Shown here: piece by piece, positions 42,533 to 51,433 of the stretch
Numbering within the stretch: position 1 is the stretch's first letter
Layout: every line of letters starts with the position of its first letter
DNA from: Acidithiobacillales bacterium SM1_46
GTDB lineage: Bacteria > Pseudomonadota > Gammaproteobacteria > Acidiferrobacterales > Sulfurifustaceae
DNA: 54,650 bases
Assembly (NCBI GenBank): GCA_001304215.1
Contig: LJVB01000001.1
Span: 1 to 54,650, forward strand
Reading direction: 5' to 3'
Notes under the pieces: model-generated
Database searches by the model: none
What the model was told of the DNA's origin: nothing
The model's input: the letters and a program-made list of their open reading frames with translations, nothing else
Program-made: the position numbers and the translations under genes

Positions 42533-43626
42533 GCAAATGCCTCGGCAAATGTGGCGAGCCATGTCGAACCTCCGTCACGAGAGCGAATTGCGAGTAACGC
42601 CGTGTCATTCGGCGCCGGATCCGGCAGTGCATTGCCTCCTGGCCACTCGAACGATACCGGCCATGTGATCGTGCGCTGCGGGCCGTTCATCAGCACCTCA
42701 ATCTCCATCTGCGCCAGCTCGCCGGAAATCGGCAGATTGCTGAATGTGATGCTCGGAATGTCCTGATTGACGATGAGCCACACCGACTGACCGAGTGCGT
42801 AGTTGATGGTGATGCCACCGCCGTTCGCTATGACCGTTTGCTGCTTGATGGTGAAATCGAGGATCGGGTAGCTGTTCAGATTGATGTTGCCGCCGGTGAT
42901 GATCTCGAAATCACCGAGCGCCGTGACCGTGATGTTGCTGCTGCCGTCCTGTGCGATGCTGCCTTCAATCGCGTCGCCATAGCCGTAGAAGGCGAACCGC
43001 CGAGTGCCGACGCCGCTGATAAAGATACCGTTGCCAGTTGACCAGAATGGCTCGTTGAACCGCATGACCTCGACCGCTGCGCTGCCGAGCACCTCGAGGA
43101 ACGGAAACGGCTGCTCGGTGTCATTGACGCGGAACGTGATCGTGTCGAGATTGTCCGGCGTCTGAATAATCAGCGAGGCGCCGGTCTGAATGACGATGCC
43201 CTGATCGGTCGTGTTGCCGACCGTTGTCACTGCCTGCAGATCGTCGCCGCCACCGCCGCCTGACCCCACCAGATACAGCGTGAACGTCAGCGCATCGACG
43301 TCCGGCTCGAGGATCTCCGCAATTGCACCGTCGAGCTGGTAGAGCACCAGTGCGCCGGCACCGTCATCGACAGGAACCAGTGTGCCGCCGACAAGATCCC
43401 GATTGCCGTCGAAGTCGCCGGCGCGCTGCCATGCTGACGTCTCGCACACCCATATGCCATTCTGAATCGGATCGGCCTGAGCCGTGACCAGAACTCGATC
43501 GCCGACGCTGTACGGGAAGTATTCTCCGCTCAGCGTGATCGGTGTCGTCGCGAGATGCTGGCATGGCGCCTTGATGGCGAGGCCAGAGACGAAGCTATCG
43601 GAGCGGAAATTCTTTTGCGCGGTCAT
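42529..43626 (-). CDS. short tail fibre/spike (365 aa) sharing an N-terminal anchor domain with the 1496-aa fibre
   Basis: LAIKAPCQHLATTPITLSG...GDRVLVTAQADPIQNGIWVCETSAWQRAGDFDGNRD compares with AIKVPCKRAATTNIASLSG...GDRVLLTAQTNPVENGIWEVNTSSAWSRAPDWDGSRD in the long fibre. Confidence 0.75.
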   Translation of the reverse strand: MTAQKNFRSDSFVSGLAIKAPCQHLATTPITLSGEYFPYSVGDRVLVTAQADPIQNGIWVCETSAWQRAGDFDGNRDLVGGTLVPVDDGAGALVLYQLDGAIAEILEPDVDALTFTLYLVGSGGGGGDDLQAVTTVGNTTDQGIVIQTGASLIIQTPDNLDTITFRVNDTEQPFPFLEVLGSAAVEVMRFNEPFWSTGNGIFISGVGTRRFAFYGYGDAIEGSIAQDGSSNITVTALGDFEIITGGNINLNSYPILDFTIKQQTVIANGGGITINYALGQSVWLIVNQDIPSITFSNLPISGELAQMEIEVLMNGPQRTITWPVSFEWPGGNALPDPAPNDTALLAIRSRDGGSTWLATFAEAFA

Positions 43627-44168
43627 GCGTTCATCGCTCCTGTCGAGGTGTAACCGTAACCCGGAATTTCCATGCCTCCCGGTTGCGATGTCGTCACGCT
43701 GTAGCCGCTTGCGCCACCACCACCACCGCCGCCGAAGCTGCCGCCGAATGCTGAATACGTGGACATGGCCGCCGTGATCGTATTGACGACGCCGATCTTG
43801 ATTGCTGTCTTGCCCTCACGCTCGGCCGCCTCAGCACGGAACTGCAGGCCCTCGGCATCATTCTGGCCGGCCCATAGCCGCGACATTACGCGGTATTCGC
43901 CCTCGGCATTGAGATCGCCGAGCAGCGCGACAATGCTCGGATCATCGACGCCAGCACCGGAGGCTGCACTGACCGCAATGGCGCGCGAATGAATGCGCTT
44001 GCGATTGCGCTCCTCCTCGCCGGCTTCGCGGGTCGCCGCCGCCATGCGACGAGTAGCCGCCTCGCGGTAGCCCTTGGCCTCCTGATCCTTGAGCTTCTTG
44101 GTCTGATACGCCTTGTAGGCTTGACCGGCACCGGCGACGACCGCTGCCACTATCGCTAGTTGAGCCAT
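43623..44168 (-). CDS. virion protein candidate with an N-terminal TM helix and Gly-rich C-terminus (181 aa; start moved to Met19)
   Basis: N-terminus MAQLAIVAAVVAGAGQAY and C-terminal FGGSFGGGGGGGASG. Confidence 0.55.
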   Translation of the reverse strand: MAQLAIVAAVVAGAGQAYKAYQTKKLKDQEAKGYREAATRRMAAATREAGEEERNRKRIHSRAIAVSAASGAGVDDPSIVALLGDLNAEGEYRVMSRLWAGQNDAEGLQFRAEAAEREGKTAIKIGVVNTITAAMSTYSAFGGSFGGGGGGGASGYSVTTSQPGGMEIPGYGYTSTGAMNA

Positions 44169-44602
44169 CCGTACCACGCTCCATGTAGGTGTGTGAAACC
44201 GAGGCGATGCAGCAATCTGCAAGCCTCGGCGTCCGTAGCAATTGACATGACCGGCCCCCGGTACTGATCGACGAGATCCAGGCTCGCCCTGATTGCGCGC
44301 ATAACTGTAATCGAATTCAGGTAGGGGCGCAGCTTCTCCGAGTGATCCGAAAAATAGATGCCGTAGTCGCGCTCGCGGGAGACGCCTACCAGTCCCTCGA
44401 CCTTGCCGTCCATGAACACGGCATAGGCGCGCAGCGTGTTCGGGATCTTGCCGTAGTAGTCCCGAACATCATCAGCCGTGGCGAGACGCCACGTTATCTC
44501 CGGCCGCGTTTCTCGATCGACTCCATCTCGGCTAATGCCGCCAGAATCGTACACGGCCTCGGCGACTGCGCTTGCAGGCATATTCTCGAATCCGAATCCC
44601 AC
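44156..44602 (-). CDS. GNAT-like (acyltransferase-fold-like) protein in the tail module (148 aa, GTG start)
   Basis: The segments RAYAVFMDGKVEGLVGVSRE and ACRLLHRLGF resemble GNAT core strands and the C-terminal helix. There is no clear Q/RxxGxG/A motif. The gene overlaps the 924-aa gene by 109 nt. Confidence 0.35.
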   Translation of the reverse strand: MGFGFENMPASAVAEAVYDSGGISRDGVDRETRPEITWRLATADDVRDYYGKIPNTLRAYAVFMDGKVEGLVGVSRERDYGIYFSDHSEKLRPYLNSITVMRAIRASLDLVDQYRGPVMSIATDAEACRLLHRLGFTHLHGAWYGWLN

Positions 44603-47268
44603 TCACCACCAAAACCGAACTGCCCCTCGTGATACCGACCATAGATCGTGTCCGCAGGCGTTACCTGAGCGTCCTCGACCGCTGGCAGATCGTAGAGGTT
44701 GTTGAAATCGGGTCCGTACTGCAAACCCTGGTGGTGCAGGTTTTCAGCAATGAAGCCGATCCGATTGATTTTCTTTTCCTCGAGCAAGCTCAGGCCATTG
44801 ATGTCGCCGAGCTTGGTTGACTTGAACTGCGCCGTGTAAGGCAGGCCGACAACGACCTGAGAGAATGGCGCACCAGCGAGACCGGAGAGATCGAGCTCGC
44901 CCGGAGTACCGAAGATCGTCACCTGAGCCGTGCCCTTGTCGGCGCCGTCAGCCCATATGCTCACCGTGAGGCCCTGTAGATGATCGAGGCCGGTGAGCAG
45001 TGATGTCGGCGCGCCATCGTAGACGACATGCGAATCGACGCACTTGTTGATCGCACCGCCAATGGCCTCGGACTCGAGCGCCCACTTCTCGAGATAACGC
45101 TCCTCGCCCAAGCCGGAGGGTCCGGTGTTGCGGATCACCGTGTAATAGACCTGATCCTCCTCCCTGCCGGGGAGCACACAAACATCCTCGACCCACCCAT
45201 TCGGCACGGAGTTATAGAGCCCCATCTCAATGTCGATCCAGCAGATCACATTTTCGAGCCTGTCGTAGACCAGCATCCCGACAGTGCCGTCCTCACGGAC
45301 GCAATGAATGCGCACATCAGGTTTCATCTGCACGGCAATGTGCGTGATGCCGGCGACGTTGAAGTCCGGCGCGTAGACCGACAGATCGACGCTCTTGTAG
45401 TCCTGAACGTCGATGTCATACAGGAGCTCGTAAAGACGCTGCTCGGTGCGATCGACAAATACCGCCTTTGAGCTGATCGTCTTGATGTTGAAATTCGAGA
45501 CCGTCAGCGGCTCATCGAAATTCGAGGATCTCGCCGACAGTGGGTTATTGCCGTCCATGCGCATCGCGGCGACGTTGTGTGAATTGTCAGTCGTGCCGAT
45601 GAGCAGGCGCGCCATTGACAACAACCAGTTGATGTCGCGGATCGGGCCCTGGCCAATGGTTCTCGAGATCGTGCGCGCGTCGCCCTCGAGCTGGTCATCG
45701 AAGGACTCGAAATTATCGGACTCCGACAGGATGAGCTTCTCGTTGCCGCCCCACGCGAGCCGGCCCTCGTGAATCGCCACGGCTGACGGCCAGCCGGATT
45801 GATTCGACCACTCGCCCTCCCACCAGTCCTTTGTCGGCAGCAAGTTGCCGAACGGCTGCAGGACTCGCACTTTCGCCGTGGTCGAGCTCGTCACCTCGTA
45901 GACCCTGCAAATGCCCTGAATCGAGCCGCCGGAATAGTTCAGCGTGACCGTGACCGTGCCGCTGGTGTAATCGGCCACCTTGACGCCGATGCGGTAATAG
46001 ATGATCTGACCGTCCTGACCATCGAGGAAGCTGGTGTCTGTCGGTGCAGTCCATGTGGTGCCTTGGTCATTCCACGGACCATCCTCGGTGAACGCGAACT
46101 GCAGCGTCACCGTCGCCGTGAACGTGCCCTCGATGATGATGCCGAAGCGGCGCGCCTCCTCGCTGCCGGTGACGCGGATCGGATTGGTCCACTCATCGGA
46201 CGGCGGTGAGGTGATTGATTCAGTCACCACCTGACCGGAGCTCTCGAGACGGAACAGGGCGCCGTGATGTTGCGGCGCCTCGAAGTAAGGCGCGGTAGCG
46301 GTCAGGATGACTGGCGCCTGCTCGAAGCTGAGCGACCAGTCCGCATCGCCCTGAATCGCTGACACTGACATCGCAATCGGGCCGGTGTTCTGCACCTTGA
46401 ACGGCCCGTTTTCCGGCCGGTAGGTGACGATGCCCCAGGATCGGGAATTGAAGCGGCGCTCGATTTTGCGCTGATCCGTGTCCTTGCAGGCGAGGTACAT
46501 GACGTCGCCGGACTGGTCATAGCGCACGTTGAGGATGTCCTGATCGCTCGAGTACGGGTGGAAGAACAGCACCGGACCAGCGCCGGAGATGTTGATGTCG
46601 TTGACAAAGACGTTGTAGTCCTTGCCGTTCGCCAGCTCGATCCAGAAATCGCCGCCCGGAGTGAACTCAAAGTCGTAGGTGCCGCCGTTAAGAATCTGCT
46701 CGGGGATGTAGTCATCGTCGCCGGCGCTCGAGCCGACACGGAACACCGTGCCAGTGCCGCATGAGATCCTGATACCGTGCGCGACAAACTGGTCAGGCAC
46801 GGCCACCGTAACCTGCTGCCGGATACGCGCGTAATTGGTGCCGTTGCCGCGCAGGATCGCGTTGATGCCGCCATCATTCCACGCGAACGCACCGGGATCC
46901 GAGGCGTCGATCCATCCGGTCAGGCCGCTGCCAAAACCGCCATTGGTGATCGTCGTCGAGACCGCAACGCGCTCGAGGAGCTGATCGTCAATACGGATCC
47001 GCGCGACACCGCCGGAATTGAGCTCGACCAGTGCCGTGTCATCGACGCCGAACACGAACGGAAGCTGACGCACTCGGTTGAGATCCTCGTAGCAGCTTCC
47101 GATGTAGGCGGTGCCGGGGCGCAGCATCATGGAGCCGAGTACCCTGGGCACGAAATTCTTTTGGATCTCGGCCGACATCGCCATGCGCTCGAGATCTACG
47201 CGCGCCAGCCCCCTCGAGGACACCACCCCTCGGTTGAAGGCGAGCAGCATTTTATCTTGCTTGGCCAT
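44494..47268 (-). CDS. tail tubular protein B-like / phage stabilisation-type protein (924 aa)
   Basis: Size and position after the 214-aa adaptor-like gene. The N-terminus reads LLAFNRGVVSSRGLARVDLERMAMSAEIQKNFVPRVLGSMMLRPG (family signature from memory). Confidence 0.6.
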   Translation of the reverse strand: MAKQDKMLLAFNRGVVSSRGLARVDLERMAMSAEIQKNFVPRVLGSMMLRPGTAYIGSCYEDLNRVRQLPFVFGVDDTALVELNSGGVARIRIDDQLLERVAVSTTITNGGFGSGLTGWIDASDPGAFAWNDGGINAILRGNGTNYARIRQQVTVAVPDQFVAHGIRISCGTGTVFRVGSSAGDDDYIPEQILNGGTYDFEFTPGGDFWIELANGKDYNVFVNDINISGAGPVLFFHPYSSDQDILNVRYDQSGDVMYLACKDTDQRKIERRFNSRSWGIVTYRPENGPFKVQNTGPIAMSVSAIQGDADWSLSFEQAPVILTATAPYFEAPQHHGALFRLESSGQVVTESITSPPSDEWTNPIRVTGSEEARRFGIIIEGTFTATVTLQFAFTEDGPWNDQGTTWTAPTDTSFLDGQDGQIIYYRIGVKVADYTSGTVTVTLNYSGGSIQGICRVYEVTSSTTAKVRVLQPFGNLLPTKDWWEGEWSNQSGWPSAVAIHEGRLAWGGNEKLILSESDNFESFDDQLEGDARTISRTIGQGPIRDINWLLSMARLLIGTTDNSHNVAAMRMDGNNPLSARSSNFDEPLTVSNFNIKTISSKAVFVDRTEQRLYELLYDIDVQDYKSVDLSVYAPDFNVAGITHIAVQMKPDVRIHCVREDGTVGMLVYDRLENVICWIDIEMGLYNSVPNGWVEDVCVLPGREEDQVYYTVIRNTGPSGLGEERYLEKWALESEAIGGAINKCVDSHVVYDGAPTSLLTGLDHLQGLTVSIWADGADKGTAQVTIFGTPGELDLSGLAGAPFSQVVVGLPYTAQFKSTKLGDINGLSLLEEKKINRIGFIAENLHHQGLQYGPDFNNLYDLPAVEDAQVTPADTIYGRYHEGQFGFGGEWDSDSRICLQAQSPRPCTILAALAEMESIEKRGRR

Positions 47269-47912
47269 CAGCCTATGAGCTGGCCACGGTTGCCGCGATC
47301 GCGACTGCCTCCACGGAACCCTTGCCGGCTACGCGCCCAACCGCCTTTCGGCGGGAACTTCGCCGGCGACTCCATCGCATCGGTAGCCTTGGCCTCGGCC
47401 AGCCATGTTTTCCACTTGCGCTCGAGCTCGCGCTCATTGAAGTCCATGCCGGTGATGCGCGGCGCCACCTTGTAGGCGAGATAGTGCTCGACCATCTCCG
47501 TGAAATTCGGCGGCCACAAGGTGAAGTCGGAACCCCACTGAGTGTCATCCGAGACGTAGGCGAAGTAGATCGTCTCCTGATCGCAGAATATCCACGCTCC
47601 CTCGTCCGAGTAGCGCGTGATCGGGATGTTGAAGTATTGATCGTGCGCCACCATGATCGTGCGCACGAAATCGGCTGGCTTGTCGAATGCGTACTGGTAG
47701 CCGAACGAGGGTGTCACCGATGGCGACGACCCCAATTCGACCGTGCGCTTGGCGAAATTCCACTGCCCCATCTGCAGGACACGCCGGACAAGATCGTTGT
47801 CCCATATGTCGTCGAGCTTGTAGCGCGGCTCACGGTTTTCGGTGAGATCTGCGAGCTTGCGCTCACCAATGATGCTGAGGGCACCATTGTAAAGCGTCAG
47901 TTTCGTCGGCAT
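47268..47912 (-). CDS. tail tubular protein A-like / adaptor (214 aa)
   Basis: Synteny with the T7 gp11/gp12-like size pair. ORF track. Confidence 0.5.
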   Translation of the reverse strand: MPTKLTLYNGALSIIGERKLADLTENREPRYKLDDIWDNDLVRRVLQMGQWNFAKRTVELGSSPSVTPSFGYQYAFDKPADFVRTIMVAHDQYFNIPITRYSDEGAWIFCDQETIYFAYVSDDTQWGSDFTLWPPNFTEMVEHYLAYKVAPRITGMDFNERELERKWKTWLAEAKATDAMESPAKFPPKGGWARSRQGFRGGSRDRGNRGQLIG

Positions 47913-47968
47913 ATCAGTCCTCCAAAGGGCCAGCGCATCCCTGCGCTACTGTTCAATCCTAGATCGGC

Positions 47969-48499
47969 TCACCGCTCGGTAGCCGCTTGGTGGTTCGCGG
48001 CCCATCGTGCAGCCAGTGGCCGCGTCTCAAAGCCGTCTTTGAGTACGCGGTCGCCGAGGCGCACACGCCACTTGTAATGCGAGCCGGCAAACTCGATGTC
48101 GTACTCGCTCGGTGCATCCACGGATGCCACCATCGCTGACTTGTACTGGTAGAACTCCTCCTGCTCGACGATCGTGTAGTTCCGACCTGACGCGACGACA
48201 TGCAGCACTTGCTTCCAGCTCATGTCATCCGGCATGACAACGATCGTGTCTCCTGGGCGAAAGTGCTGCGAGATGTGCTGCCAGTATTTCTCGTCGAGGG
48301 TCTCCTCCGGCGTCGTGCCGAGCTCGACGTTCACGCGCCACGGCGTATTGAACTCGGCCTGCAGGCCGAATCGCGACTGCGTTACTGGTGCTGATTTCGC
48401 GGGCGCCTCCGGTGCCGCTTCCTTTGCGGGCTCCTGCGTGACCTCCGGCTCCTTGGCCTCTTTGGCGGGCGTCTTTTTAGCGGTAGCTTCTTTGGGCAT
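47969..48499 (-). CDS. head-module protein with a Pro/Glu/Ala/Lys-rich disordered N-terminus (176 aa)
   Basis: PKEATAKKTPAKEAKEPEVTQEPAKEAAPEAPAKSAP followed by a globular domain. Confidence 0.65.
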   Translation of the reverse strand: MPKEATAKKTPAKEAKEPEVTQEPAKEAAPEAPAKSAPVTQSRFGLQAEFNTPWRVNVELGTTPEETLDEKYWQHISQHFRPGDTIVVMPDDMSWKQVLHVVASGRNYTIVEQEEFYQYKSAMVASVDAPSEYDIEFAGSHYKWRVRLGDRVLKDGFETRPLAARWAANHQAATER

Positions 48500-48510
48500 T
48501 GGTTTCTCCG

Positions 48511-48548
48511 AATAAACGAAAGGGCGACCCCAAGCCGGAGCCGCCCTT
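48511..48548 (-). terminator. terminator-like hairpin AAGGGCG...CGCCCTT followed by TCGTTTATT on the minus strand
   Basis: 7-bp stem, 15-nt loop and a T-rich tail, in the 81-nt gap after the capsid/98-aa gene pair. Confidence 0.4.
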
Positions 48549-48580
48549 CGATTGTCGCGCAGTTTTACCCTCTACGGCAA

Positions 48581-48877
48581 TTACGTGCCGTTAATCATCG
48601 TGACATCGCCGGCGGGATTGGTCGAAATATCGACCACCGTGACGAGGCAGAGATCAATGGTGCCGAGGTTGTCGTCAATGACGATAACCGTGTCACCGAC
48701 ACGAACACCCTTGTCGTAGCCGTCATCGACATAGGCGGCTGCGATTACCGTCGCAACCGGATCGTCGGAGCGATACGTGTGGATCGCCGAGCCGAGACCG
48801 GACGGATCGCCCGGAGCACCTTCTGCCGTGCCGACGCGAGGAGTGATTTGGTTCAGAGATGCAGACTTGTAAGCCAT
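48581..48877 (-). CDS. small head protein, decoration/cement candidate (98 aa)
   Basis: It sits immediately downstream of the capsid gene (14-nt gap with AAGGAGG). Confidence 0.5.
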   Translation of the reverse strand: MAYKSASLNQITPRVGTAEGAPGDPSGLGSAIHTYRSDDPVATVIAAAYVDDGYDKGVRVGDTVIVIDDNLGTIDLCLVTVVDISTNPAGDVTMINGT

Positions 48878-48891
48878 TACTCGTTACCTCC

Positions 48892-49743
48892 TTACGCTGC
48901 GGCCAGTGCAGACGAGTCATGCGCGCTGAGCACGATGCCGCTGTTCTGCAAGACCTGTGAGCCCATGTAGATCGAGCAACGGGCCCAGGAGTAGTCCTGC
49001 TCCTCGTCGTAACCTACCCGCATTTCCATGTCGTCGGCGTTGTAGGCATGGCCGATCGCCGACTTGTGGAAGAAGAAGCACGTTTCAGCCGCCGTGCCCT
49101 GACCGGGGAGACGCGGGTGAACGATCCAGTTCATGCCGAGCCAGCGGTACGTGACCGGCTGGTCCTTCCATGCCGGATCGGCGGCATCGAACGGGCCGTT
49201 CATGGTGTAGTCGCGGCTGGCAAAATCGTTCTCGCCCATCATGTACGCCTCGTAACCGGGCGTCACCAGAGCGGTGATCCAGCCATCCCACGGCACCTCG
49301 TTGTTGCCCAGGATCGTCTTTGCGCGCAGGGTGCGGAGCGTGTCGGCCGTGGCCGCAACACCGAGGTTCTGCGTACCCGTTGCCAGTTCGGCGATGATGT
49401 CTTGGTCAATCTTGCGATTGATGACACCCATCGTCGTCTTTTGCATGATGGCGCGCTGGTTGCCCTGCGAGGCAAAGATGTTGAAATCGGTCTTGCGCAC
49501 GAGATCGTGCCACTCGACCAGCGTTGCAACGGGCTGCGACAGGTTATCGCCGCGAGCCGGGATCAGGCCGTTGACGCCGCGCGTCTTGGCCGTAGCGTTG
49601 CCGGAATCAGCTACGAGGAAAGTCGCCTGATTGCCCTTGATGACCGATTCGGTGGTCGTCGAGGAACGCAGGAGCGACTGTAGCTGCTCGAAACCCGCAA
49701 TGAACTCTTGCCGGTATTGAATCTGAAAAGCAGTTTCAGCCAT
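48892..49743 (-). CDS. major capsid protein (283 aa; start moved to Met6)
   Basis: Position after the scaffold gene. GGAGGA RBS. A 164-nt untranslated leader lies upstream. The sequence MAETAFQIQYRQEFIAGFEQ... resembles capsid families as I remember them. Confidence 0.75.
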   Translation of the reverse strand: MAETAFQIQYRQEFIAGFEQLQSLLRSSTTTESVIKGNQATFLVADSGNATAKTRGVNGLIPARGDNLSQPVATLVEWHDLVRKTDFNIFASQGNQRAIMQKTTMGVINRKIDQDIIAELATGTQNLGVAATADTLRTLRAKTILGNNEVPWDGWITALVTPGYEAYMMGENDFASRDYTMNGPFDAADPAWKDQPVTYRWLGMNWIVHPRLPGQGTAAETCFFFHKSAIGHAYNADDMEMRVGYDEEQDYSWARCSIYMGSQVLQNSGIVLSAHDSSALAAA

Positions 49744-49907
49744 TGAGGCATCCTCCAAACAATGAAAAGTCCTTTTCCACTGGTCGGGTTAGCCTGCGTG
49801 TGGCTTCACAAGGGTTGGCTCAGGACGAGGGCCTTGCTCTGCCGGCAGGGGCCGGAATGCCGGGGCCGCGAGTGCGGGTTGGCCGGCGATGTGGTTCAGC
49901 TCGGAAT

Positions 49908-50072
49908 TTACGCTCGTTTCTTTTTCCGGTCAACTCCCTTGCGGAAGCCGCCGGTAGCGTAGTACATCGCGACCTGTCGCTTTGTGAACTTGCGACCACT
50001 CGGTGAGCGGTAGGCGTTGCGTCCTGTTTTCCTGAAAGGCACGTATGTCACCATCCCTGCCGTTTCGCTCAT
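49908..50072 (-). CDS. tiny, very basic protein (54 aa), not in the ORF track
   Basis: Hand translation: MSETAGMVTYVPFRKTGRNAYRSPSGRKFTKRQVAMYYATGGFRKGVDRKKKRA. ATGA overlap with the upstream stop. Confidence 0.5.
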   Translation of the reverse strand: MSETAGMVTYVPFRKTGRNAYRSPSGRKFTKRQVAMYYATGGFRKGVDRKKKRA

Positions 50073-50266
50073 AGGTAGCGATCCGGTACGTTGACGTCCT
50101 TGATGTCCACTTTCTTCTTGCCACGCCGGCGAGCCCGCTGGCCTTGAGTGGTCTTGAATCCGGCCGCCTCGCCCTTGTCCTCACCACGGCCCATCAGCTT
50201 GCGGTGGAGCTGAATCTGCCGCGATACCGGACCCGGAGGCGCCTTGGCTCCGAGAAGCCCGCTCAC
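50069..50266 (-). CDS. tiny basic protein (65 aa)
   Basis: Sequence MSGLLGAKAPPGPVSRQIQLHRKLMGRGEDKGEAAGFKTTQGQRARRRGKKKVDIKDVNVPDRYL. ATGA overlap upstream. Confidence 0.55.
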   Translation of the reverse strand: MSGLLGAKAPPGPVSRQIQLHRKLMGRGEDKGEAAGFKTTQGQRARRRGKKKVDIKDVNVPDRYL

Positions 50267-50481
50267 GGTGACAACGGCGTGACGCCGCCTCCCATGCGCC
50301 GGACGCGCCGGGGCCTGCCGGGACGACGCGGCGGCTGGCCACCCTCGTCATCGGCGCGGTCTCGAGCCGTCACATTGCTGCCCTGGGTGCCCGATGGCGG
50401 GCGAATCCCGGTGTAGCGCATGGATCCCTGAATGGTGCCGTAACGCGCCTTGTTCACGGCCTTTTTCAGCAACGAGCTCAT
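50263..50481 (-). CDS. tiny basic Arg/Pro/Gly-rich protein (72 aa)
   Basis: GGAGG RBS overlapping the scaffold stop. High third-position GC. Contains PPRRPGRPRRVRRMGGG. Confidence 0.6.
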   Translation of the reverse strand: MSSLLKKAVNKARYGTIQGSMRYTGIRPPSGTQGSNVTARDRADDEGGQPPRRPGRPRRVRRMGGGVTPLSP

Positions 50482-50491
50482 CCCTAACCTC

Positions 50492-51433
50492 CTATTTTGA
50501 CTCGGCTTTTAGCCTCAGATCGTACAGATAACGCAGGCGCTCCTGCGCCTCGGTATCCTTGTTGTACTCGCTGCGCTTGTCGCGCATGTACTTCTCGAGA
50601 TCCGCGATCTCGTCATTCAGCGCCTTTTGCGCATCGCCGCCGCTCGGCACGATCGCGCTCAGCGGATCCACGGTACGGGCGAGCTGCACCCACCCCTCCA
50701 TGATCTCCTTGACGTTGAAAATGCTCACGCCATCGGGGTCGCGCGCATTCAGGAACCGCTCGGCCGCCTCCTCGCCGAACGTCTTTTTCACGAGTGCCGT
50801 GGCAAGATTGATGTTCGCCTTGTAGTCCTTGCCCCACTCCTCGCGGAGCTCCTGCTGCAACGCCTGATTGTGCTCGCGGTCGATCTCGACAAGATCGTCC
50901 TGCGACTGCTCCATGAACTTGTTGTACCAGCCGAGCGCCACATGCGCGGCCTCCGGCGGCATGTTGTTGGCCAGGAGCTCGCCGGCGAAGTCCTCGAAGA
51001 TCTCGCGATCGTCGTCACCGATCACCAGCCCATCGGGCAGGTTCTCGAGATAGCCCTTGGCCTCGGTCGGCAGGCCATGCTCCTTGCGCCAGTCGGCCAG
51101 CTTCTCCTCCTCGATGCCCTCCGGCGGCTTCGGCAGGCCAGTCTCCGGCGGCTGGTTCAATTCGCCCGAGCGGATCTTCTGCTGCGCCTCGCGGTAGCTG
51201 TTCGCGAAATCGCCCGGAGACTTGAACCGCTGCAACTGCTCCATAAATTTCTCGTCGTCGCCAGCAAAGTCCGAACGCCAGTCGTGCGAGCGCATCTTCG
51301 AGAACTCGTCGAGCAGCGCCGCCGGTGAATCGAAGTCCTTGACCAGCTCGAGCTTCTCGGCGTCGTCGCCAGCAAAATCGGATTTCCAGTCGTCGTTGAT
51401 CGGGTTGTCGAGGTTCTCTGCGGGGTCACTCAT
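50492..51433 (-). CDS. scaffolding protein candidate (313 aa)
   Basis: Acidic helical protein between the portal and capsid genes. It has an internal duplication, DW(K/R)SDFAGDD, present twice. Confidence 0.6.
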   Translation of the reverse strand: MSDPAENLDNPINDDWKSDFAGDDAEKLELVKDFDSPAALLDEFSKMRSHDWRSDFAGDDEKFMEQLQRFKSPGDFANSYREAQQKIRSGELNQPPETGLPKPPEGIEEEKLADWRKEHGLPTEAKGYLENLPDGLVIGDDDREIFEDFAGELLANNMPPEAAHVALGWYNKFMEQSQDDLVEIDREHNQALQQELREEWGKDYKANINLATALVKKTFGEEAAERFLNARDPDGVSIFNVKEIMEGWVQLARTVDPLSAIVPSGGDAQKALNDEIADLEKYMRDKRSEYNKDTEAQERLRYLYDLRLKAESK

